Shown here: piece after piece, positions 25,691-51,478 of the stretch
How positions within the stretch are numbered: the stretch's first letter is position 1
Layout: the number at the start of each line of letters is the position of its first letter
Source of the DNA: Salpingoeca rosetta
Taxonomy: Eukaryota > Protista > Choanoflagellata
Direction: 5' to 3'
DNA: 64,000 nucleotides
NCBI GenBank assembly: GCA_033442325.1
Contig: JAWQFM010000005.1
Span: 2,211,772 to 2,275,771 of the forward strand
Notes under the pieces: model-generated
Database searches by the model: none
What the model was told of the DNA's origin: nothing
Seen by the model: the letters and a program-made list of their open reading frames with translations, nothing else
Made by a program: the position numbers and the translations under genes

Positions 25691-26739
25691 TTGCAGTCAC
25701 ATGAACGAACCCCCTATCTCTCGCCCTATCTTGTGCTTGACCGTTTTCTCATCTGCACTTGTACTGCTCCACGTTCTCTACACCAATGGTGTCCATCACG
25801 CCCACCACTACCACCGCCATCACAGCCTCGTACGCTGGATATGATTCGTTTCACAAGCTGTACCCGGAACTCCTCAAACGCATGGACGACAGCAACAACG
25901 ACATCAGGTTTCATTTCATTTGTTGCTGTTATTCTTGTTGATGATGGTGGCGGTTGTTGTGATAGCGCCGCTGCTGCCCGGTGCTCGGGTGCTTGTGTGT
26001 CCATCATTGCGGTCTGTTCATGCCGTTGTTTCGCTCACACATGTCCATGCTTGCAGGCACCAAGTGTGCCGCGTGTGGAAGTCCTACTTTGACATTATGA
26101 AGCAGGCATACGATACGCAGCTCTATCGCGTGAGTACATGGCACCAACGCACCGCGCAACCGCATGCTCTGTATCACTTGTTTCATCCGCACATACATCC
26201 TGACATCTATCTAACACATCGGCACAATGACACGATGACCGCACATGCATTCGTGGACTCTGACAGGCGCACATTGAGATGATCTTCAGTGGTCTCATCC
26301 TCCACCTCGACGACCCAGACCCGCGCATTCAGGTGCATGTGTCTGTGTGTCATTGTGTGTGTGTGTGTGTGTGTATGTGTGACATTTTGAAATGTGCTGT
26401 TTGTCACCTGAATGTACTGGCTTCGTTGTGTGCTTGTATCTCTCGTGTGCTTGTATCCTACCACAGCCCGCAAGCACTCACCATGTGTCATGTGTTTGTC
26501 ATTGTTAGAAATCCGTGTTTTCGGCGCTGGTGGAGGCCGTTGATGTACACCCGGAGCTCCTGAAGGAGAAACTCAAGGTGCGTTGCCGTGTTTTTACACA
26601 CACACAACACACACAACATCTGTTGGCATGAGACGTTTCGCGCTCCACCCCTCATTGACACTGCTGCAATGATGTACAGGAGGCGCGAACGAAGCACCGG
26701 TCCCCGACGCTGTGCGACGAATTGATTGCCAAGTGCTGA
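18541..26739 (+). CDS. DNAAF5: Dynein axonemal assembly factor 5 (HEAT-repeat protein HEATR2), multi-exon
   Basis: Spliced peptides MMNEHGDV...AVLQ|[181 protein letters not shown] and terminal [15 protein letters not shown] match the motif order I recall for HEATR2/DNAAF5. Confidence 0.9.
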
Positions 26740-26945
26740 CCAATGTTAGGATCCAACGCAACCAATAAACACACCATCACACAGTGGCAGCAGCAAACCG
26801 TTGCTCGTTTGGAAAGCAACGTGATAAGACTTTTATTCAAATTCAATATCAGGCGCCGTGGGCCGCACATGCACACATGGCACGCACGAAGCGCACGCCA
26901 CCACAAACACCAGTTAGTTGGTTACAGCCCATCCTTTCATGCAGC

Positions 26946-27094
26946 TCATGCTTTCATGTATTGTTCCAAGTCGGGCACCCGCCGTGCGTAGAGATGAACG
27001 GAATTCAGTTCCTGACACGCCGGCTTGAATGCCAGTGGCCCTGATGCGTGTGTGTGTGTGTGTGTGAAAGTGCATGTGCATGCGTGTGTGCATT

Positions 27095-27140
<46 letters not shown>

Positions 27141-28914
27141 TGCATGCGTGTGTGTGTTTGTTTTGTTGGCCTCTGCGTTTATGACAAGCGCAAATCAACA
27201 ACAACACCCCCTCCCCTCCACGAGCAGCCCATGGAAACCCAATCCCCAACTGCACCTTCTTGCTCGACGACGCCGGCATCCGAGGGCGACGCCTGATGCC
27301 ACTCCCCTGATTCGTCTACGTGGAATGGGAGGAACGCGGTTGCGTCTTCTCGCGTCAGCAGCCCGTCATCGTTCTCATCCAATCGCTTGAACAAAACTAT
27401 CACAAGGCCAAGGGCAGATTATGAGTGTGAGTGTATGTACACAAGGGGAAACAACAAGTTGTACCTGCTTGTGTGTTCACCATCACAGGACCACAAGCAG
27501 AGGCAAGGGTTCTTTTCCGCACCACCATCATTATTCACTCGTTCCTCCCGCATATCCCGCGTTTGCAAACACCTCAACCCTCACCCTCCCGACACCAAGC
27601 ATGCATGGTCCACGCGTGTGCCGACACGAGTGCGCACCCTCAAGTTGCTGCTGCGATGCGGACGAAGAGCCCATCCCGCCCACGAACCGCCCGAGCGACA
27701 CTTGCGCACCAGACAGGAGCGCATCCAAAATGTCGAGACATGTCGGCCTGGCAGGTGTTGTTGGGGATGGGGGCGGGGGTGAGGAAGGGTGCGTAGTTTG
27801 TGCTGTTGTTTGTGTGCATGTCTGTGTGTGTATGCGTATGTGTGTGTGTGTGTGTGTCTGTGTGTCTGTGTGTGTGTCTGTGTGTGTGTGTGTGTGTCTG
27901 TATGTGTGTGTGTGTGTCTGTATGCGTATGTGTGTCTGTGTACGTGTGTATATTATGCGTGCGTGAGTGATGCCAGGAGCGATTGCATAGAGAACTTCAG
28001 GCACACAAGACAAACACAACACAACCAGCCATCGGCGTGTTTTCCCACCTGTAAAAGAGTACGGTTTGCGACAATGGAATGGAGGAAATGTCATCCCCTG
28101 TCCAAATCAACAACGCAAGTCCTTGTGAGGATCGAAAAGAAGCCAACACCTACAACAACACAAACGCACATCGGTTCACCCAACCACGCACAGAAATGCA
28201 CAATCATCGCCACCATCACGGCTGTACCTTCGCGTCTGTCTGCGCTGCACACGGAGGCGTTGAAGACAAACGGAGTGCGGAAGAACGTGTTCACGGCAAT
28301 TGTACGACCAAACGAGAACACCTGGTAGTGGCAACAATGGTGTGAAGAAGGGTGAGTTTGGGAAATAACACAAAAAACCATCGTCTCTGAGTGTGACACC
28401 CATCGTGGCGTCCATCACGCATCCTCCATCTTCCTTGCCATTTCTCTCTCCTCTCCCATCCTCCTCCCTCCCTCTTCTTGTCTGCCATCACTGCAACTGT
28501 ACCTTGTGGTACCATCCATGCGGGATGAAGAGGCAGTCGCCGGGAGACAGCACGACGCGGTGGTGGGTGAGGCCTCTGCGCCCAAGCAAGTTGCGTGTGT
28601 GTGTTTGCCCATGGCCCTTGAACCCCAAAACTCGTGCATAGCATGTGGTCCTTATGCACGCAAAACACATGCACACAAACACACAAACACACAAACACAC
28701 AAACACACAAACACACAAACACACAAACACACAAACACACAAACACACAAACACACAAACACACAAACACACAAACACATGCACGCACCTGAAGATGTTT
28801 TCTGTTTCTTCGTCAATGTCCAAGCTCGGGACCTCAAGAAATGAACGGCGCCACCGCGAGTGCTGATGGCATGCAGGAAGGACGCGAGTGCGACGTGTTA
28901 CGTGAGATACAGCC

Positions 28915-28989
<75 letters not shown>

Positions 28990-29507
28990 AGTGAAGAGAA
29001 AAGAAGGGGATAAGCGGTGGACCGCATGAGTCATTACTATGCGCAATTCATGTGCTCACGTGTACCTTGTGGATGGGCGTGTCTGGCTCCCAAATCATGA
29101 ACACCTTCTTGCCTGAAGCCAAGGCAACATGAAGCCACACGTGCACGCGTTAAAGTGTGCGCAAGTCTCCAGCATGCAAGCACGATGCCAAACGAGCACT
29201 CGCGCAAACACAAAACAAAAACAGACCAAACACACAACCGAATAAATAAAACAAAGCAACACACACACGCAAACACACACAAAGCCAACGCACAACTTAG
29301 CAAACAAACGACCACACGAGCAAACGCACACCTTGAAGAACGCAGTTGATGTTCTCGTACGAATCTGTGTGCGTGACACTGATGGTGGTACCACCACCCA
29401 TCCACATCATCGCTTTCACTTCCGTGTAATTTCCACAGGCGATGCTGCTTGGCAGGTACACGTCCTCTGCCAACCCTGCCAGCAAACAAACGAGTAAACA
29501 AAGAAAC

Positions 29508-29544
<37 letters not shown>

Positions 29545-30981
29545 GAAGAAAGGGGGTGAGGCCCGTGGTCAGCACGCCAGTGCCGTCTACAATCATGCTT
29601 GCGACAACAACAAGCAAGTCACCCTTTCTCTCACGCATGGACAGAAAGACACAACACACGCGCGCAAGCGCATCAACACGCATTACACCTGGTGGCACTG
29701 GAGTTACGGCGTACACGTCCGCTCTTGCATACTGTTGAAGAAACGTCGGCACATCAATTGATCTGTAGACGAACATACACCAACATGTACGCACACACAC
29801 ACAAACATACATTGAGATGAATGCCAGTGAAATACGGCAATGAAACAAAACCCAGCGTGTGATCTCAACTTGGCCCGCAAGTATACTTATTGCGATAATG
29901 ACACCCACCCTGTGCCGGCGCTGCGAACTTCCACGCGATGGACCTCAAAGTCAATCTAACACGCATTTCATTGGAGTGCACGGCGTGGCCATGACGTGAG
30001 ATGGTGGGTGCAAAGTACCATCTGACAACAGGCATCAGCCAGTGGATGTCTTTGAAACGGTCGCCCACATCACCACGCACACGCTCTTGTCACATGTGTA
30101 TGTGCGTGTGGTGATTGCATTGTATTTGAAATCGCATCTTGCAGGTGTGCACTAACGATATCGTGTTGCGCTTTGCGGCTCATGTATTCGTCGCTTGTCC
30201 AGGCGTCAACTGCAGGATAATGGGCAGCCGCCCCGCGCATCACCAGTGGTTTGCTCCCTGTGATCAGCGAGAAAGTAAATTAGCGAGTGGGTGAGCCAGC
30301 AAGTAGGAGTGAGGGAGCAGCTGCTATGTTGTGTGTGTGTGTGTGTGTGTGCCGTTGGAGTTGATGACGACGGTGCATCGGGTGGACGAAAAACGCACAC
30401 ACGGACACACACGGACAAACCTGGAAAACTGACCAGTGATGTAAGTCTCAAACAGTACCGTTGGCGTTGGCATGCCTTCATGGGTCTCCTCCAGCTGGCC
30501 AGTAACACATGGACTGACTTGACCCAACGAACCAGCTGGCACTGCCACATAGCACGAAACGAGAAGATACGTGCGGGTGTGTCCACGCACGATAGAGTGG
30601 ATGGATGACCCAGTGTGTGCCAGTGCGCGTCAGGGTGAGCACATGGTCAAAGGGTCATGCTGCGCCCACCCCTCTCGACCACATGTCACTCAATGAACCA
30701 CACATCCATACACTCTCAAATACTCCACTCACTCACACACAACCACATCAATGCACGCGCTCAAACTCACTCAAGTTGGGATCGCAGGCGCCGCACACCG
30801 CAGGATCCGTGCAGTGACCACCCACGCCCAATGGTGGCAACTCCTCGTGTGTTGGTGCTGTTGGTACACGCCACTGTCTCCGCTTTACAGCTCCCACCCC
30901 ACCACCAACATCACCCTCACCCACCACCACCAACAGCACACCAACAAACACAAACACAACCAAGTTCGCAGTGGTCATCAT
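26946..30981 (-). CDS. JmjC (Cupin_8-like) Fe(II)/2-oxoglutarate dioxygenase with predicted N-terminal signal peptide and C-terminal EF-hand-like loop, multi-exon
   Basis: N-terminus [21 protein letters not shown]; [24 protein letters not shown] (~30255-30180); [26 protein letters not shown] with HxD at 29363-29371; [18 protein letters not shown]|[11 protein letters not shown] with distal His at ~28506; [17 protein letters not shown] at ~27350-27400. The 3' end is uncertain: 26946 via a last spliced exon, or 27179 unspliced. Confidence 0.8.
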
Positions 30982-31053
30982 CGTTGTTGCACTGCCGAAA
31001 AGTGGATAAACTCATTCACCAATCTTCCCAAACTAAGGACTGCAAGGACAATA
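30982..31053. promoter_or_regulatory. Putative bidirectional promoter, ~72 bp between divergent JmjC and CYP start codons
   Basis: Head-to-head predicted ATGs at 30981 (-) and 31054 (+). Confidence 0.5.
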
Positions 31054-35345
<4,292 letters not shown>

Positions 35346-35660
35346 GTCGCTGTTTTATGTCACAATGTATGTATGTTTCCTTGTGTTACTCTTCTCTGTC
35401 GCTCGCCCTCGCCGTGCGTTTTCTCGTTCATTGAATGCGTGAGTACGCAGTCAGTTTGTGTGTCGTGTGGTCTTGTATCTAAGGACACGTTCATCGCAGC
35501 AGGTTATCCCCGCATCCACCTGCCTGCCAACCTTCATTTTCTTCGCTCGGCTGTAAAACAGGCTCGTTTCATTCCTCAGTGTTTACTACTGTCCAACAAC
35601 AGTGATGATTGAGATGGCACAGCAGGTACGCACGTGCGTGCATGCGTGCGTGTGTATTGT

Positions 35661-45284
<9,624 letters not shown>

Positions 45285-45391
45285 CTTGCTTGCTTGTTGC
45301 TTGCTTGGTCTGTTGCCCTTGTGTTTGCGAATTGTGAATGCCATCTCTCGCAATTGGCAAATCCAACCCAAACAACAACAACAGCGAGAGG
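45285..45391. promoter_or_regulatory. Putative bidirectional promoter, ~107 bp between ANK-GH20 and the PTB-like gene
   Basis: Divergent predicted ATGs at 45284 (-) and 45392 (+). Confidence 0.45.
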
Positions 45392-45459
45392 ATGAGTGGA
45401 CGACCGGCACAGCGTGTCGAAGCTCAAGTGTGTGTGTGTGTGTGTCTGTGTGTCTGTGT

Positions 45460-45491
<32 letters not shown>

Positions 45492-45497
45492 CTGTGT

Positions 45498-45531
<34 letters not shown>

Positions 45532-47246
45532 CTGTGTCTGTGTGGAGAGGATTGGCCTGTCGCGTATCACTTCAAGCAACACCGGGCTTGGCGTCACGAT
45601 TCAGTGGCACAACGGAGACACCCTCGCACACTGTTGCACTCACTCACTCACACAATCAGACACTCACTCACTCACTCACTCACTCACTCACTCACTCACT
45701 CACTCACTCACTCACTCACGCACACACACACACACACGCATACACTCACTCACTCTCTCACCCACACTCACTCACACTCACTCACACGATCACTCACTCA
45801 CTCACTCACTCACTCACTCACGCACACCAAACAGTACTTGGGTAGTGATCATGTTGATCTAAGCACGCACAGCCTCGCCAGGGACAGGGCGCTGCTATCG
45901 AAGAAGCTCCTGACCATGGTCCTCGCCACCAACGTACGCACGCACAACATGGCAGTGCGACAATCCTTGGACACTGCAAGACCAGTGTTGGCCGCAATGT
46001 TGGGCAGTCTGCCGCTGTTGTGTCCACCGCTATTCCTGTGTCAATTGATTTTGATGCGCTGGCATCGGTACAGCTGACTGTTCGCTCTCGTCACACCACT
46101 GCTATACTCTCGGATACCCTTCTGTGCAACTCTCAGATGCAGCAAACCGAGCCTGTGCCTACTGTTTCACTTACGGTGACTGTGGAAGGCATCCGCATCA
46201 AGCATCCAGACCCGGTACGCAGTGCTGCGCGTATCAGCGTGGCAGTGTTGGAGAGGTGGCGCTGCTTGATGGCGTGCATGCGCTAGCCTGCGCGTCAGTA
46301 AGCAAGCGCGCGTGTCCGTGTGCGACGCGGTATGCGCCTCCTGTGTCAAGCCAACGGTGACCTAAGACGTGTTGTTCGTTCCTGTGATGATGCACCAGGC
46401 GGTTCTGGACAAGACAGGCAGCTTCCATCCTCTGCGACGCATTGTTTCTTGCCAGGTGTGCGTGTGCGTGTGCGTGTGTTCTGTTCGGGTGCATTTCGTG
46501 TGCACCTGGGTGTGTTCTGCCGTGCTTCACCGTGTGTTCGACAGCTACTGACCTACTTGCTGGCTGATACACATTGGGTATTGGCCACGAACAGGCTGAT
46601 GAGCCTTGCATCTTCTCGCTGTTGAGCGGCGCTGATTCTGTCGGAAAACAGGCCCGTTTCCACGCCTTTCGCTGCCTTTCCATGGTATTTTCGTTGCCTC
46701 TGTGTGTGTGTGTGTGTGTCTGCCTATCTGTCTGTGTCTTTGTGTCTGTCTGTCTGTCTTTGTCATTGTACGCGAGCGTGGAACAAAAACATGTCCATCG
46801 TACCAACGCGGGCTTCTTGTGATGCGTTGCCCCCTTCCTTGCGCGCAAAGCCGTGTTTCCCCAACGTTGTTCATCGCGCTGCATTTTGTGTTCACACGCC
46901 CGCACCCCTTCCTCTCTGCTTGCATGTTTTGTTCGTTGAGGCTGAGGCCAACCGAATGTGCTTGGGCGTTCGAAGCGCATATGAGCAGGCGAAGCAGCAG
47001 CCCAAGCACCAAACATCGCCGCACGCACCGAGCTCGCAACGAGACCCCAGGACACAGCAGAGCGCAAGCACAGCCGCGAGCGCGCACGCAAGCGGAGACG
47101 GTGATGAAGATGTGGATGAGGAAGACGATGACGACGAGCCAATGCCACCCGTCATTGTTGACAAAGGTCAGAGCATGGCCATCACTTTCGGCAACACGTG
47201 CCTGGTACAACAGCAGTGGTCTTGTGTGTGTGTGTGCGTGTGTGTG

Positions 47247-47307
<61 letters not shown>

Positions 47308-48738
47308 TTGCTTGCCTGTGTCTGCGTCTGGCTGACTGTATATGCCCGTGTTTGTGCATGTGTGCGCTCACGTCACCCGTCGGCATTGCTGCTGTTGCAT
47401 GTTTTGTTTTTGTTTTGACACAAAATGAAACGTGGCTCACCCATTCCACGTGGCACTGGTCCTCGTTGTCACACGCTACAGCCGACGTGAAGGGAGGCAC
47501 CGCACCGGACGCGCTCACGTGAGGATCTTGAACTGATTTGCTCTGGTTGTTCACTCATATGCGTGTATTGCTCTCCTCCTTCTCACATTTCGTCGTTACT
47601 TTATGCGTGTGTGTGTGTGTGTGTGCATGGCAGTGAGGACACAGACTCAATATCACAAGGTACGTGTGTGTGTGTAAGAGCATCTGGAAGGCGCTTGCTT
47701 GTGCACACACGTGAAGTGGCAATGTATGTGCCTGTGCAAGCCGTAGTACTGTCGGAATGTGTTCTCAATGATGTTGTGCGTGCGTGTGTGCGGTGCAAAC
47801 AGATGCTTCAGAGCAGATAACAACAACAGACAGCAGTGAGACAAAGCCTCGACGACGAAGGTATCCTTGAATGTGTGTGTGTATGTAATCTTATAGCGAT
47901 AACGCTCAAGCTGCCCACGATCACCTTTATGCCTCACATCTCATGACGGGACGGTACGTGCACACCTTCCTGAACGCGCGAAGGCGGCTGTTGTTTCGTC
48001 GCCGTGACAGCATGACAACTGCAGAGGGAAAACCAGCGCTCGCTCGCCCACGCAACAAGTCCCGCCCAAAGAAAGTCCACACGTCGAAATACGGCCTGGT
48101 GTGTGCATGTGTGTGTGTGTGTGTGTTTGTCTATCTGTCTGTCTGTGTGTCTGCCTTTCTGTCTGTCTGTCTGTCTGTGTGTATGTGTTCTGTGCATGCA
48201 CCCTCGTGTCAGTCTCGCCTATGTGCGCGCAAACTTGTGCCACTGAACGACTGTGCAGCCGTGTCTCACGTGCCCGCTATTCGTCCCCCCCCCCCGGCTC
48301 TCTCCCTGTCTCTTCCCCGCTGCTATCAGGTCACAAACAAGGATGAACTTGAAGCTGTCATTTCGCTCCCAGATGCTTTCCCGATGTTTCAGGTGAAAGA
48401 TGAGGCTGTGAGCGCAGCTCGATTACACGACTGTGGGTGTTTGATGTTGATGACGTTGTGGTGCTTGCAGGTTAAATTGCGACCACAGTTAAGCCCCGGC
48501 TGCTTGTTCATGCGTCCCCCACACGCACGCTCTGACTCCCGCCCATGACTATTCTCACTCGCATATCCACTTGCTCCCGCACATGCAGGATGCGGAGGCG
48601 CAAGCGACGTGCTACATGTGCATGGGTGCCGTGCGCCCTGCTGCGGCGTGCTGTCAGAGCTGCCTCGCCCCTTTGGTTGACACGTTCGTTACGCGGGGCA
48701 TCGACCTCAACGACAGCACACAGGACGTGCAGTGCTGA
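45392..48738 (+). CDS. Hypothetical protein with N-terminal PTB/PID-like segment, acidic linker and C-terminal CxxC...CxxC motif; many micro-exons
   Basis: MSGRPAQRVEAQ|YLGSDHVD...; PTVSLTVTVEGIRIKHPDP (PTB-like strands); acidic DGDEDVDEEDDDDE; VTNKDELEAVISLPDAFPMFQ|DAEAQATCYMCMGAVRPAAACCQSCLAPLVDTF...DVQC*. Internal exon structure is uncertain. Confidence 0.5.
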
Positions 48739-48824
48739 CGTGTGCATTTGTTACGTGTGTTGGGCAGAAGTAAGTGACATGACGTGAGAGTAAACGACAG
48801 AACTTCATCATGACGGGATCAGAA

Positions 48825-48868
<44 letters not shown>

Positions 48869-49494
48869 ACACACACACCACATGTACGTGCGCAAACCAA
48901 AGAAGTACATACGTGAAAATAATATTGCAGCAAGCTAACAAGGGCACACGTGTAGAGATGATTCATTTCAGAGACCAAGAGACGCGTGGGCTCGTGGGGG
49001 CATGGGCGAGGGTTTACATCTCGCTTGGTCATTACCTTCATTACACTATTACATGCTTGGTGTTGTGGAAGCTGTACGGGACCTGGCGGTGCCTAATTGA
49101 GCAGTGCGTGTGTTATGGATGTATTTGTGTCTGAACTTGTTTGTTTGTTCTTATTAATGAGCCTATGAGCAGTCTACCAGTACACGCCTGCGCCTGGCCC
49201 ATCTAGGCATAGAAGGCTAAAGGATGCAGTGACAATGACTCCCCAACCAACACAACAGTGCTGAAGCTTGCACAGCAGATGCAGTGCCACGCTTGCGAGG
49301 GGTCATGTGAACTCGTGGCGTTCAGCACTTTCGCAGAAAGAAACACGTGTTCGCCTGAGGCCGACACCGTGCTGTGACAAGAGACAAGGTGCTTGACAAG
49401 ATTACAAGACATTCATTTATTTCTTGAGTTCTTGCTCGTGTTTGAAAAGACCGCGCCATATCCACACCAACAACAACCAAGGAAAACGACGAAT

Positions 49495-50293
49495 ATGAAT
49501 GTGCCAAGACAGCAAGAGCAGGAAGGGGAGGAGGCGGCGGCTCCAGGCCTCGGGGAGCGGCTGTACAAGGCCATGTACTATGCGATGCTGTTCATGGTTG
49601 TGCAGTCGCTGCTGTCCACGGCTGTCTCCAAGCTGGTTCAGCCATCACCTGATGCTGCGTCTGCATCAGCAAGCCGGCGCGGCGGCGATGGTGGCCACGG
49701 TTCTTCTCGCACAGCAGATGATGCACGTGGCGTACGCAGGTACCAGAACACGTTCCACTACTCGGACCCGCTCTCGCTGTACGTGTATGTGACAGAGGAT
49801 GGGCCAGCCTTCTCGGCCTGGGATAGCACGGATCACCTGGTGTGGGAGGAGACTGGGATCGCATACGGGGACTGGGACGCGCAGCTGATGCACAAGCTTG
49901 TTGAGGTGGACGTCAGCCCGGGGCTGAAGGCGAACGGGACCTTGTACGTGCACGCCTACGTGTGCAAGGAAGGCGCGCCCCTGGATCCATCTGATCCCGC
50001 GTACGACCGTGGCAGCGTGGCGGAGCTGCACACCAACATCATCCGGTACAAGGAGAAGAAGGTGGTTGAGCGCAAGCGCCATCTGCTGGACGCAGTGGAT
50101 CCAACCAATGATCAGAGCAGCGACGACAGCGAGGAGGAAGGGCAGCATGCGGAACATGCGCAGGCTAGAGACAGGCAAATTGTTGCGCACTGGCACGGCA
50201 ACTTGACACTGCAGCTGCTCACCGATGACCAGCCCTTAATGACAGAACAGCTTCCTCCCGCTGCAGTCCGTCTCTTCACGTGCGTTTGTGTGG

Positions 50294-50361
<68 letters not shown>

Positions 50362-50582
50362 AATGGCTTGATTGCGCTCTGCCTGGTTGGCTCCACATGG
50401 CTCTCAATTCGCGATGCGTTGTGTTGGGCGACAGACTGTTGCAGGAGTCACGGGAGTACACGCCGCCGCTCGTACACAACGACTTCTGGGACCTGCGCGA
50501 GAACATGCAGGAGATCAATGCCACAACGGCCAGCCCGCTGCCGCTCAACATCACCTTTGGACCCATCGGCATGATGAAGTGC

Positions 50583-50680
<98 letters not shown>

Positions 50681-51410
50681 GTGCTTGTGTGTGTGTGTGT
50701 GTGTTAGTGCTTGTGTGTGTGTGTGTGTGTGTGTGCTTGTGGAGGACGATGGATCATGGGGTTGTGGTGCAGCAATTTGTGGCTCACACCAGATCGTGTG
50801 TATGTGTGTTGTGTGCAGACTTGGGCTGTACCAGAGCATGCAGGAGAGCCTTCAACACCAGCGAACGCTCGGCACCGCTGCAGAGGCCGAGCAGGAGATG
50901 ATGAAGAAGGTCAGGGAAGGTGGAAACCAGATGAGGGGATTGGTTTGAGGAGACAACTCTGGATGTGACGCTTTGCAGCAGTCGCGCATGTACACAGTTT
51001 ATTGTTGCGAGCAGTCCACAATCTGATGACATCGCACTCGACATCCACACACGCATACTCACACCCACACACACATACACTCACACACATCCACCCACCC
51101 ACACACACGCACACACACGCACACACACGCACATGTGCGTTCTGCCTTCATGACACATCCGCCTACGCTCCACAGATGCTGCTCGAGACGAACCCGTACT
51201 ATCTCGGCCTCACCATGACGGTGTCGCTGCTGCACACGGTCTTTGATTGGATGGCCTTCAAGAACGGTGTGTGTGCGTGCGTGCGTGTGTGTGTGTGTGT
51301 GCGTGTGTGCGTCTGCGACAGAGAGGAAACAACAGGATACATCTCGCCACAATCGTGCATGATTCGTTCTGTTATGCTTGCGGTCATGTGCATGTGAAAA
51401 GCCTCTCCCT

Positions 51411-51478
<68 letters not shown>

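Noticed and set aside
48740-49490. Relatively repeat-poor intergenic stretch as an ncRNA or small gene
   Set aside because: No tRNA/snRNA signature or credible coding pattern; probably a 3' UTR plus the CLPTM1 promoter.
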